DNA of 52,893 nucleotides from Octopus bimaculoides (lineage: Eukaryota). The stretch is from contig NC_068989.1 of assembly GCF_001194135.2 (NCBI RefSeq), forward strand, positions 45,673,387-45,726,279, written 5' to 3'. Position 1 is the stretch's first letter; each line of letters starts with the position of its first letter. Below are positions 1 to 11,776 of the stretch, piece after piece. Under the pieces are notes generated by a model. That model was not told where the DNA came from. It searched no databases and saw nothing but the letters and a program-made list of their open reading frames with translations. The position numbers were made by a program, and so were the translations under genes.

Positions 1-654
1 ATATATATACACTATACATACACACACACAATATGCACTTGTATGTCCAATGTTGAATTACTATCTTTCAAAATCATTTATGAACACATGTTTGGAGTTC
101 AGGTGTTGTTAAATGTCATTTTAAATTCTTTTGGATACAAATGTAATATCCATGTTTAAAACTAATTCGTAGAGACTTTAGATTTACAGTTATCATGATG
201 GCAGTGAAAGTGAACAGAATCCCAATACAGTCGTTATAACTTAAATTTTGAGACCTATTGGTATTTTGATTTTCTCAAAGCAACTTACATCCATAACCTT
301 CTTAAACAGACTTGTCATTTGAAACAACTATTCAGAGCGAAATACGTTTTTGTAAGGTACTAGAGCGGGTGAAATTGGCTGTTTCTCTCCTAATATATGT
401 GTTCTTGAGCTCACATTTTAGACATAAAATTTGGTCGATTGTCCTTAAAAACACAAATTTGTCTAATAGAATGGTTAATAGTGATTAGTTACATCCGTTA
501 AACCTCTAACCTTATTAAAGTACAGCTGATCTGACTTCAACATACAGACTTCGAGGTTCGATGGAATAAACCACGGTCAGGTAGCGAGCAGGACTGTCAA
601 CGTCACAAAATACTTACTCCATGTCAAAGTTCAAAACCTCTGATGTATTGATAG

Positions 655-1030
655 AGAAATTTACAAAAATTTATGTTGTTAATAACTAACAATTTACATA
701 AATTTATATTATTAATAACTAGCAATTAAGACTAAATAATGTTATCAATAATTCAAACGAATTAATATTTTTCAAAACTAGTAAGTTTGACAAGAATTAA
801 TATTATTAATTCTTGGAAATTTTTTGATGAGCAAAACTTAATTATTAACTAGCAAATTACATGTATTAATGTTATTAGTAAACAGTAATTTCCATGAATT
901 AATATTATTTGGAAATGATTTTCACGAGCTAAATCTTATTAATAATAAACAAATTATATTTATTAACGTTATTAATATCTTTTAATTTACATAATTTAAT
1001 GTTATTAAAACATTTATTAATAATAAATAT
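655..1030. repeat. Degenerate AT-rich minisatellite, ~35-bp period
   Basis: Recurrent unit resembling aatttacataaatttatattattaataactagc; about 10 diverged copies read by eye. Confidence 0.5.
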
Positions 1031-1890
1031 TTTTAATAAGTAAAGGTGTCTTTAATTAAACCTTGGGTGCTTTTAGAAGTGTTTCTACTCATTTTCTCGG
1101 CTTGAGGATAAATTCTTTACTTCCTCACACGCGTTCTCAGAGATTCTGACAATTAAAATTCAAACCTGTCGTTGGTATTATTCTTCATTCTTTGATTGAA
1201 ATGCTTTTAAAACTATATATTCTGCAGTTAATACGTTGGTTAGGGATAAATTGCACTTGTATATTGACGTTCCCCTTTTTTTGTTGCTTGCTTAGAAAAG
1301 TTATTGTGTACTACCATAACTTACACTAGTATGATTATCAAACTTATATTTTGTTGTACTCTCAGGAAATGCGCCATGGACCTCTTTTTGAGGAGTTCAT
1401 GGTTTCTTGGAGGAAAGAAAGATGTCATCAGTTTGCAACAGAGGGAATTCCGCTAAATGCTGTGGGGTTCCTCAAGTAGCTGCAATCAACTGAAAATAGG
1501 AGATTGTCAAACTTCAGATCAACAGTTCAAAATCTTGTAAATTAGACATTGTTTTTTCATGGGAATGGGTCGTAAAAATTAAAAAGAGGACGAAAAATAA
1601 ATCACCATTTTTAATAAAGCTGGTTTTAAACTTATTTTATTTGTCGAAACACTTGACAAGCAAAGTCAAATTATATGAGCGTCAACTCTATTTTTCTTAG
1701 TATGAGAATCTCTGTACTAGGCTTTGATACCTAACATTGCATACTATTACAGTATGTTATGCATCTAAGAAGGCTTGATAATACAGTAAAATCCCAATAA
1801 AGTCACTAAGTAAATACTAAACGATATTGTGTATGCTGATTTGTTGTTTTCCCGACCTCATTACAGAATGAGATGTTGATCGTAATATTA

Positions 1891-2106
1891 CAGCGAGCTG
1901 GCAGAATCGTTAGCATGTCGGGGAAAATGATTACGGGCATTTCATCCGTCTGTACGCTGTGAGTCCATTTTCTACCGAGATCCACATTGTCTTTCAGCCT
2001 TTCGGGGTCGATAAAATAAGTACCAGTTGAGCACTGGGGTCGTGGTAACTGACTCATCCCGCCCCCGAAATTGTCGGTCTTGTGCCGAAATTTGAAACCA
2101 GTATTA
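1891..2106 (+). mobile_element. SINE family B copy (head gcgagctggcagaatcgttagc)
   Basis: tRNA-like head, central ctttcagcctttcggggtcgataaaataagtaccag, tail ttgtgccgaaatttgaaacca; homologous to copies at 5104, 14570, 16010, 27790 and 51067. Confidence 0.75.
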
Positions 2107-2711
2107 CGGTACACTGTAGTGGAAGGACTACCTTTCTTAAAGTATAGAGTTTAATCAATTCAGGGCATGCCTGCATTGGGTAGGATCGTTAGAGCTTCGG
2201 ACAAAAAGATTTGTGGTATTTGTTGCCGTTCTTTGTACTGTGAGCTTCAGCAAAGTCAATTTTTATATCCTCCCAAGTACGATAAAATAAAATACCATTC
2301 GGTGTGCTGGTATCAACTAAATCGGTTTCACATCTGTCTGAGCAGCTCAAGAGAGGTGTTTCGACAAAAGATGGTGTTAGAGAGCAGTATGAATACAACA
2401 CAGCTATATTCGTATTCACTACCCATACAAGACACATATATATACACATACACGTAGAAACACACATCCTTGACTCGTACATACACACAATCTGTTTCTA
2501 CAAGGCAGGCTTCATTAAAAGAGATTACGAAAAGCTGATATGGTTTGACTAGTTTACGTTATCACTTTTACAGGACTGAATGCTTTTCAGTGTATTTACT
2601 ATTTTGTTTATTTTTTATTTAGTTCATATAACAAACTCTCCACGACATAACTAACGGTCATACACCTCATATACATGTATCGTCTTGCATATTTGTAATG
2701 GCTAATTTCAA

Positions 2712-2870
2712 GACAGTGGACTGGCAGGATATTTCAAGCTTTGGTAGAATAAATTTTAGGTATTTTGCCTACTCTTTACGCTCTGACTTAAATAGAAAAA
2801 CTGTCCACCGATATAAATTTTCCTTCTGATATTAATTTTCCGCTTATATAAATTTGGGCTCGAGATAACA
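2712..2870 (+). mobile_element. Highly degenerate SINE family B copy
   Basis: gacagtggactggcagg...tttacgctctgacttaaat aligns loosely with the family B head. Confidence 0.35.
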
Positions 2871-5103
2871 CTGTAATTGTTACGTGTTTGTTTTGATCCT
2901 ATCGGCGAATCACACTGCCTCCAAAATTGCTTGCCTTACACAGAAATGAGGAACAGTTGTTGGGGACAATATATTTTCTGTATTAGTTTCTTAACAACGG
3001 TTTCGAATTTCAAATTCTCACTGGGCTGCAACGTTCTCATTTTCAATATATTTTTATGATCATATACTGAGGTTGTCAATTTCAGAATATTTAATCATCA
3101 GTAACACATTTTAATTGGATTCATTATTTCTATAATTACTTTCGATTTAATTCTACTTTAATAAAATAGTTTCTAATGAAACATAATAGCTTCCAATTTT
3201 TCTATTGCTTATTTTAATAAAACAATATTTGTATCTTAATTGTGGAACAATAGACATCTTTAATTTTGAATTAGGATTAGATATATTTTCTCACACGTCC
3301 TGAGGGAAAGGAGTTTGCGATAAAAGTTGGTTGTGTTTGCATCATTTTACTTCTCTGTGCTAATATCGTTAAAGAATGGCATAAATAACACTACACCCTG
3401 AATGAAGTCAATAAATACAATAACTCACGTATAGATTAGGCTGATCTCGCAAAGTCAAAGAGTTGACACTATTTTTGCATTGGTACGTATAATACATGGA
3501 TATTTATCATATATATTTCTGTTTAGTCAACAGAAGTTTTAATAAATGATTTGCATGATTATAATTTTAAGCAAATTTCCGAAATATGAATAAGAGGGTT
3601 GGCTCGTTTACCACACGTCTCAAAATTCTTTTAGATTTAATAATAGTTCTAAAGAAAACAAATATGATGCAGAGAAGAAGAGAGCAGAAATGCGACAGTA
3701 TATGTGTACAAAATGTTACCATTGACAAAGGCAGTTTCATCAATCCGTTTCATATAACTATCTTCTATTATTCCATATAAATACAGAAACGAAACTGAAG
3801 CCAACATGCGACATTTTAAAATAGGTTACGGTTAATAACATCATTTTCGGCCGCGATTGCTTCTCAAAATTTAATTAATTTGGAAACCTGCAATCTGTAT
3901 CACCTTATATATGTTTCTGAATTCATTCATAAATAAGACGCGACAAAGTTTAGAGTATAATGTTTCAGGATCATGAAGAAACAATATAGTTTCAGATCAA
4001 CATGGGGAGCATGTCACTTCACTTATGCCATAAATACTCTGTAAAAGACAACAGGTTATATAAGTTACCTCAATAATTATCAAAAGTCTAGAGTTTATGT
4101 AGAAGTTTGTTATTAAATTTACCTTCCGTTTCTTAGAGTTAAGTAACTAACTATTAGGCTATCCACTGATATTCGATCCTTGGGACTTATCTATTTTCTT
4201 TCTTATTCTCACGCTTTCCTGTTGCGATTGGGAAAGGTATGAGCATATTTATTATGTTTATTCTCACCTGGGAAATGTTGGTTTCATATTACGGAATGGA
4301 AACGGAATGGAAATCTAATCTCACTCCATCGATTCCATATTTTGTAACATATAGCAGAGATTCTATATGCATGCCGAAACCGTACAATGGTACTGTTGGT
4401 TTCCTTGAAAAGAAATATGGTCTTTAGAAAGTCAAGCTGATATAAATAGATATAAAATTTAGACATATTTAAGAAAATAAAGTGAGTCCTTTTAAGAAGC
4501 TTTTGAAATCGAAATGGGGATATATAAGAAAAAAAAATATTCAGAAAATAAAATAGAATGAAATATAAACCTGGCAGGAAGAAGTAAACAAAATCATATA
4601 CGAGAATCGAACCACGCATCTGCTATACACTGCACTAGCATGAGGTAAACGCTAGACATGTGGTTCCATTCCTGTTGGTAAATCAGTCTGAATTTTTTTT
4701 TTCCGTCTTAGGAATATTTGTACCCGTAATAATATAAATTACTATTTATAGCTTTATTTACATTTGAGCAACTACTATAACGGACTTATTTTTAAACTTC
4801 TCAATACTTCAAACGAATCAAAACAAAGTATTTAATGTTAGGTGAAAGACATCAAAGTGTAACTAAGTTCTCAAGAGACACTGCTGTGAGGCGATTTCAA
4901 TGAGCAATTGCTAAATCTTCTACACGTAACTCTTAATTAAACTCATTCTTATTACGATATGGACAAGCTATCTGTAAACTTAACTTTATTTCATCATAAA
5001 AAACGAACATTTCCCGTTTGATATCGATTTTGATAGAACAAATTTGCAAGGAAAGATACTATAATGTACAGAACAAATACATTTATATTATTACTGGTGA
5101 TCA

Positions 5104-5298
5104 TAAGGCAGTGAGCTGAGAGATTCGTTAGGACGCCGGACGAAAGGTTTAGCAACATTTCGCCCGCCTTTAAGTTCTTATTTCGAATTTCGCCGAGGTT
5201 AACTTTACATTTCATCCATTTGTGTTCGATGAAATAAGTATCTCCTAAGCACTAGGGTCGATGTAATCGACTAGTCCCATCCCCAAATTTCAGGGCTT
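5104..5298 (+). mobile_element. SINE family B copy
   Basis: aggcagtgagctgagagattcgttagg...gccgaggttaactttacatttcatcc...agggtcgatgtaatcgactagtccc. Confidence 0.7.
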
Positions 5299-5307
5299 CT
5301 ACATATT

Positions 5308-5660
5308 GTAGGAGTGTGGCGTGGTGGTTAGAGAGTAGGGCTCACAATCATGTGGTACAAAGTTTGATTCCCGGACCAGGATGTGTGTTGTGTTCTTGAG
5401 CAAGACACTTTATTTCACATTGCTCCAGTTCACTCAACTGTAGAAATGGGTTGTGACGTGGCTGGTGCCAAGATGTGTCGGCTTTTGTCTTTCCTTTGGA
5501 TAACATCGATGGCGCAAAGAGGAGAGGCTTGTATGCATGGGTGACTGCTGATCTTTAATAAACAACCTTGCTCGGCCTTGTGCCTCGGAGGGTAACTTTT
5601 TAGGTGCAATCCCAGGGTCATTCATGACTGATCGGGGGTCTTTACCCTTTACCAATTACC
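5308..5660 (+). mobile_element. SINE family C copy (tRNA-like head, gtgttcttgagcaagacac core)
   Basis: A-box-like tggcgtggtggt, B-box-like gtttgattccc, core ttgagcaagacactttatttcacattgctccagttcactcaactgtagaaatggg, tail ending tttaccctttt; a reverse copy lies at 18085-18372. Confidence 0.7.
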
Positions 5661-5699
5661 CTTTTACATGTTACAAAAAGAAATATTATTGCTGATCAT

Positions 5700-5905
5700 A
5701 TGGCGAACGACTGACAGAACCGCAGAATGGTCTGACAAAATGTTTTGCCGTTTGTCAATCGTCGTTTTCATTCCCAGTCGAAATCCCTCAACAGTAAACT
5801 TTGACTTCCATTCTTTCGGGGGTCGATGAAATAGAATGGTAATGATGAAATTAACTTAGCTTTTCTCCTGAAACACTTTTTCCTTGGGCCTAAATTAAAA
5901 ACAAT
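5700..5905 (+). mobile_element. Degenerate SINE family B copy
   Basis: ggcgaacgactgacagaacc...ttccattctttcgggggtcgatgaaatag...ttgggcctaaattaaaaacaatt. Confidence 0.45.
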
Positions 5906-6597
5906 TGCTACTGGTCCTCATCTGGACAACCCCCAAAAAATAGTTGGTAAAAATGTAGGATAATCTACGTCCTTAACGCATATTATTTATACATATGCAT
6001 ACACATACATACGCACATATGCATACATACATACATGTATATAATTTCCTTTCTCTTTCGCTCTCTATCTCTAGCTGTCTGTCTTTCTCTGTTACCCTCC
6101 TTTCACTATCACGTGGTCCGCGACAGCCTAAGACAGTGTCATTCTTTTTCACTGTGCCTTCAACCGGGCTGGTAACGATTTTCCGAGCTCCGAGTTCTAC
6201 CCCTCCCCCGTTCATAGTGCATTAGGACAGATGTTCATTTCTCCTTCGCGTTACCCATTTGTGTGTTGTCTTGCGGTCCTCAGGCTTTTTTGTTGCATAT
6301 ATATTATTATCATTTTAATAGTTGCCTTCGTGTGGCCCTAGACCTTTATTCGTTTTGTTGTTTTGTCCCTCGTCCATCCACTAACGGCCTCATCTCGCGC
6401 CCGTCTGGTTTTGTTATGTTTAGGTACAAATTCCCGGCGATATTTTTGCCGATGGCTCAAGTGCGGAAGCAATATTATTGATAATGGCCGAAATTGCTCT
6501 CGATCCTCTGGCCTATAACTGAAGAGGAGTTGGTGGAGGAGTTTTCTGTTCGTCTGTGTATTTGGTAATGTTCGTGTGTATTTTACTACACGTTTTT

Positions 6598-6599
<2 letters not shown>

Positions 6600-6668
<69 letters not shown>
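6600..6668. repeat. (TA)n microsatellite
   Basis: Perfect TA run. Confidence 0.95.
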
Positions 6669-6669
<1 letters not shown>

Positions 6670-7900
6670 ATACAAAATATGGAGGTTTAGTTCACAGGTG
6701 GTCTAAACGACTAGGTACGCTATGTAAGTGCTGTAACGGATTACTAGAACTCCAAGGTTATAACCGAGACGGTAGTTATGGAGCCATTGTAGATTTCCGA
6801 TATAGCGCATATATAATTGTTAGAGGACAACAAACGTTTCGGCAAGACAAACATTTCGACTCATATACATTATCATTATTGGGAAAAATTCAACGTCTTA
6901 CAGCTTTTTCTGGGATATCCCAAAGTATGGGATATTCCGTCATCGGAAACATATTGGAAAAGGGTATCGACATAGAGGACAGGAGGAAATGAATAAGGTA
7001 ATGAAGTAAGAGAAGAAAAGGAAGCATAAAAGTTCACAGTTCAACTTTCCGATCGTTTAGAGGTAAGTCCATAAGTCCTTAGGTATAATCCCGTGTAGGT
7101 CCATGTAGGTTAAAATCCAGATATTGTCAATATCCAGAAATAGAAGCGAACATACCAACGATCAATAACAGAATGGTAGCGGAGGTGGCTATTAAGTGGT
7201 AAAAAGAAAGAAAAATATATAAATAGAAAGAGTGGTAGAGAGAGTGAGGGAGGAAATTAAGGAGTGGCTTTAAGGATAAAATAAGGTATAAAAAGATACA
7301 ATGTCTAAGAATATACTCTACAAGAAAAACCAAGATAAATAAATAAATATATGACAGTAAGTATGGAGAGAGGAGGAGGAGATAAAGGAAGATAACGTAA
7401 AAAACAAAAATAAAGTAAGATGAAAGGGATTCAAAGAGAATAGTAGGGTCCAGTGGTATTCTTCTAATCTGTAGGGGTTGAGAAAGAAATCTAGTCGTAA
7501 GTGCTGTTGTGTCCGTTTCTGGCTAAGATCAGTGGCTGTAGAAATATTTTTAGCAATGAGGTTGTAGGTGTGTAGGTTGTCGTGAATGGAGAAACTAGCT
7601 GAATGTTAGAATTAAATATTAGGAGATTTATTAGGTAATTAGGTTATAATTTTTGAGCCCTTCCTCGGCTAACGCGTTCGCGCAATGCTCTTCTGATTTC
7701 AACACCTTACTCCTCAATCCAGCGTAGATTAGAACCATACACTTGCTAATGAAACCATAGAATGAAGCACACAGATAAACGTATAGGAAGAGAAAGACTT
7801 GAATAATTTCATCGTTTCCTAAGGGGGAACCTTTTGAGCGATAGATTGCTCCCAGTTGAAGGAGGTTAATGGTCAACAGTTGGAATATCGCCCTCGAGAG
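6668..7900 (-). mobile_element. Penelope-like retroelement (PLE) 3' remnant
   Basis: The minus strand carries a hammerhead motif (6893-6952) and a degenerate GIY-YIG-like stretch (..CMVLIYAG.. and ..EIRRALRERVS.. at ~7668-7750, in different frames), plus a pyrimidine-rich UTR-like tract; it ends at a (TA)n run. The protein similarity is weak; the hammerhead is the main support. Confidence 0.45.
6893..6952 (-). ncRNA. Decayed minimal type I hammerhead ribozyme motif
   Basis: Minus strand: AUGUUU-CCGAUGA-cgga-AUAUCCCA uacuu UGGGAUAU-ccca-GAAA-A-AGCU-GUA/AGACGU. Stem I has 6 bp (2 G-U), stem II has an 8-bp perfect core, and loop 3 is palindromic. Deviations: U4->C, C15.2->A, and a mismatched stem II closing pair. 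Confidence 0.55.
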
Positions 7901-8295
7901 GTTCATGCAACACGTGGCCGCCATGCGTTTTGTAAATTAGTATCCTTTCTGTTGAATTGGTCGCTTTAATGTTATGAATAAACATATTTGAGGTAATCAA
8001 CCGTATAGAAGGCAGCAGAAACGTCCTCAAATATGCGATACCTAACCTGCCTTTCCGCTGGTCCGTTTGTAGCAGCTGTTTGACATTGTTTCTTCACATT
8101 ATTATCGTGCAACTTCAACGAATCAATCTCCACCTCTTTGCCATCATAGGAGCACCACATGAACGCCTTCCATAAACCCACAGAATGTCAAGAGGCAGGC
8201 GCCCTTTTCTGATGCTTCCGTCTGATATGGGAAAAAATAATAAAAGTATTTGGGCGTACCCCGTTATATGCATGCATGGCCCTAACGTACCCACT

Positions 8296-9700
8296 TCAGC
8301 CTTGGCGAATATGTAGCACTTCGTTGTAGACAATGTTTCTTGTCTTCCTGCGACGTGTTAATGCAAACAGTCTGTCTCTACTGCTGACTCTGGAGCATGC
8401 AACGTACATCTGGCCGTGGGAAAAGCAAGGCTCTTCTAAGAGAGGTCCGGCCACAGAAGGAGTCTGGCCCTGAGACTTGTTGACAGATATGGCGAAGCTG
8501 GGCCGGAGCGGCAATTGCAGTCTTCTGAAGGCGAAAGGTATGTCGGCTCCCGAGGGATAAGTTTAAAAAGGCTCTTGTAATGTGCGAACAAACATTTAAA
8601 ATATGGAGTATTTCTTGACCTAATTTTACATTTATAAAAACGTTTTTAAAATCCACGTCAAAGATGCTGACTGCGGAACCACTAGTACGAAGACAACGTG
8701 CTTCATCAATTTTTTTACAACCAAACCTCTTCCGTTGCACAGTCTGGGGGGCTCCAAATTGCGCAGAAGCATAACCGGAGCTTCAACTTTAAGGCGGGGA
8801 AGATGTGGTGGTAGGCCCGGAGGGTATAAAGAGTTGAGGAACTCCGTTGGGAAATTCACCGATTCATTCGCATCTACCATCGTATCTACAGATTTGTATG
8901 CGAAAGGAGCACCGGGAAGTGACTGCAACAGTTGATCATTGAGTTTTGTAACAGTCACGTTTTTAGGAGCCAGCACTGCTCTTTCAGAGAGCCATTCATG
9001 ATTGAGATAATTATCTTTAAAATAAGGAAACACTTTATCAGTGAGTTCGGCCAAAGAGGAAACTGGAGTTGCGAACGAGTGGACGTCCAGTTCTCTATCA
9101 GCGTGAAGAGGCACTTTACCGTCGGCAAGTTTCAGAATGTCACTTGCGGAGTTAGTCGACGCTTGGTCGCCGAACAATCGAGACTTCATGTTGATTGTCA
9201 GGGTCAGTGACCTGACATTACGCCAGAGCGGAGAAGACTTAATGCATGCATGCTTGAATCTCATCTGCTCATGTGCCTTTGGGGATAACAGGAAGAGTTT
9301 GCCTAAAGTCACTTGAAAGCAAAAATCATAACGCCTCCTATGGGGGCTTCGCAACTCCTGATATCCTGAAGGGTTTTGTTTAATGCGTCGAAGGTTCCTT
9401 TGTGGGCCATAGTACACTCGTCCCACACAATAAGCTGACAGCGTTTCAGCACTTGGTCCTGGTCAGAGTTCTTCCTTCTATTGCAGGTAGATGATTTTGA
9501 CTTAGTTAGATTGAGGGGTAACTTAAAGGTGGAGTGCTGCCACCAGGCAGCAAAGTTGCAGCAATCCCTGAAGATGCGACCGCAACCGCAATGCTCTTTT
9601 GTATCCTGACCTTCGCTAGGTTGAGCTTCGTTGGAAAGGTTTTGCCTGTACCCACTGGAGCATCAAGAAACACAAAAACTAACTTTCCTGTGACGCACAT
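8296..9700 (-). pseudogene. Helitron PIF1-family (SF1B) helicase domain, frameshifted
   Basis: FLDAPVGTGKTF Walker A (~9638-9652), AVASSGIAATLLPGG, QLIVWDECTMAHK Walker B (~9417-9431), LSERAVLAPKN, NFPTEFLNSLYPPGLPPH, PVMLLRNLEPPRLCNG, SFAISVNKSQGQT, CFSHGQMYVACSRV, NIVYNEVL. Confidence 0.92.
8575..8686 (+). mobile_element. Short insert ending in a Helitron-type 3' terminus, replacing part of the helicase
   Basis: About 110 bp of non-helicase sequence lies between LMKHV and LIP..FAFRRLQLP. It ends gtca-aagatgc-tgac (hairpin 8657-8671) tgcggaacca CTAG t (8682-8686). Confidence 0.4.
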
Positions 9701-9949
9701 GATCAGTCACAATAGTATAAACCTGCCGTTGATCCGGAAGAAGCTTTGGTTCAGTCTCTAGGACGAAATTGGCAAGGGCATCTGTGTCGTAGGACGTCTC
9801 TCGCAAAAGAGCAGCAGGTATAAATTTGACTCTGAACGCAGCGGTTTAGGCAGAACCGTATGAGGGCAAATCATTCCCATCGAGTGATGCAACTGTATTT
9901 TCGATATCGATCAAGGCTTGATTGTATACCTCATAGCTTATACTTTCTA

Positions 9950-11385
9950 TCCCAGGAAAAAGCAACTTCGCCTGACGTGTGAAGTCCTCCGATAAGTCGC
10001 CTTTAAATTTTAAACCACAAAGAGAAAGGGTTGTTCAGTTCACAAATTTGCAGCATAACAGCAAATAGAGCTCGTCTTAGGTGTTTGAGATGCAACAGCT
10101 TCGAATAACGTATCCTCCAATTGCACATCGTTTTCCAGCAAACCACGCTTGAAGCATGCTTCCCTGTAAGTGCTGCAAACAGAGCCACCGACAGTTCTTA
10201 AGTCATCAAACGACTGGGGCCCACATAACTCATGTAACAGAAACCGAAGATAAAAGCACTCATGTTGGCTCAGATGCACCGTGTAAACTCTCCCAAGACA
10301 GCTGTCAAACTTTACACCAGGTTGTCCATCAACTGGCTGGCCTGACTTTCTGCGCACTCATTGTTGCTTAGTTCATGTGTAGTAGGACGGAACCTGGAGA
10401 TAAAGCAGGGTTTTTGCAAATGAGTCGTTTCGGCACAGAGCGAAGAATGCAGTGAGAGTAGTTTGTCGAGGCTCTTCAACCGTTCTGGTAGTAGTCGCAT
10501 CGATAAAGTACACTCTTTGACCGTTCTCCAGGTGAACTGCGAGTTGCTCGACGGGTGGGTGTGTTTGGTGTATTGGAAAGCCGAAAATACGCCAGAAGGC
10601 CTCGTTGCTGCTAATATAACGGCCATCTTGGTATTGTAAGACCTAGTCACGGCAGTTTTCCAACTGTAGACCGAAGATAGCGGCGTCTGAGCCCTTATTG
10701 ACATATTTGCAGATATACTTGATGGACTTGACGAAATGACAAAATTCCACGTTGATCCAGGAGCCGAACGTCTTCGAAAGAAGCAGTGAATACGGTACAA
10801 TCCATCTGTTGTCAAACTCATGTTCTCCAATTTCCATGGTAAAGCCACCGTCTGCAGGTTGGCGCCGTCTATACAGAGGATATCCATCAACGTCAGTTTG
10901 TGTTTCCTTCAGAAATTTTTTTTGAAACTTCTTGCAGCAGATATTGTTGCTCAAGCAAGGGGAGCCTAAATCGAATCCGCGCCTGCATGGCCCTTGGATC
11001 ATGGTCACCTTGACTATTTCAAAGAGATGTCTGTCAGTAGATGGGTTTGGAATCTCGGCAGAGATAATCTTAACATCGTTGGGAGGTTATTTTTACGGAG
11101 AGCAAGATTAGAATATGAGCGTGTGGTAGGCCTCTCTTTTGCTATTCAATAGTATACATATCAAGTCTAACGGGGCCAAATATTTGCTCTCCCTTAAGAA
11201 GCTCCATTAGTTTGATAAGCTTCAACGGAAGATTTGCGCTAGGAGGTTATGACGGTCTTTCGCATGATGACCTGGAAACAATTCATTGTGCTTATGTAGT
11301 TCAGTTTCAGTCGTCCAGCCGTCTGCTGAGTAGCACGACGCCATGAAACTCTTTGGGTCAAACTGTAAATGTTTGGTTGAAATGT
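9950..11385 (-). pseudogene. Helitron Rep (HUH/Y2) endonuclease domain, with stops and frameshifts
   Basis: Degenerate motif 1 TFTV*PK (~11355-11380), motif 2 YTIE*QKRGLPHAHIL (HAH at 11115-11123, W->TAG at 11142-11144), motif 3 SIKYICKYVNKGSD (~10700-10720), then RYISSNEAFWRIFGF, LAVHLENGQRVYF, LGRVYTV, TYREAC..GLLEND. Confidence 0.92.
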
Positions 11386-11619
11386 TTGGTTGAAATCAGA
11401 CGACTTTTTGAAAAAAATCGATAATTATCGATCGAGTTTTTGCGAAAAGCGAACATTGATCGAAGCAGTTGTTATGACTAAAACATGCCTCGGAACATAC
11501 CTAATGCATATCTGAAATTTTAATCGAATCGGTCCGGTGGTTCAGCGATTTGGCCGGCTTCACCCGAAAGCACTTGTACACGGAAACCGTAAATAGTGCA
11601 AGAATATAACTTTTTGAAA

Positions 11620-11776
11620 GGCAGCTTGGGTATTTATTTGATTCAAGAAGTTACCAAGGTCATTGCTTTAACAATGTCCCGCCCAAAACTGTCTTTTCTC
11701 AAGTGAAAGGCCTCATGTTTTCGCAGTTTCATGGTAATTTATTAATACCCGTGCAACACCGGTTACTACTGCTAGT
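11620..11776 (+). mobile_element. Helitron 3'-terminal fragment (opposite strand to the Rep-Hel element)
   Basis: ccgtg-caa-cac(c)gg hairpin (11749-11762), then ttactactg CTAG|t (11772-11776), the canonical hairpin+CTRR|T end. The left boundary is uncertain. Confidence 0.55.

Larger units (their letters stand above)
8296..11615 (-). mobile_element. Helitron (rolling-circle DNA transposon), internally deleted and inactivated
   Basis: Rep and PIF1-helicase motifs are collinear on the minus strand. The minus-strand segment cgctgaaccaccggaccgattcgattaaaatttc (11514-11547) resembles the 5' subterminal region of many Helitrons. No CTAG terminus is seen right after the helicase end. Confidence 0.9.

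Noticed and set aside
7590-7602. Minus-strand cagCTAGt as the missing Helitron 3' end
   Set aside because: No GC-rich hairpin lies 10-20 nt upstream, and it falls inside the PLE-like segment.
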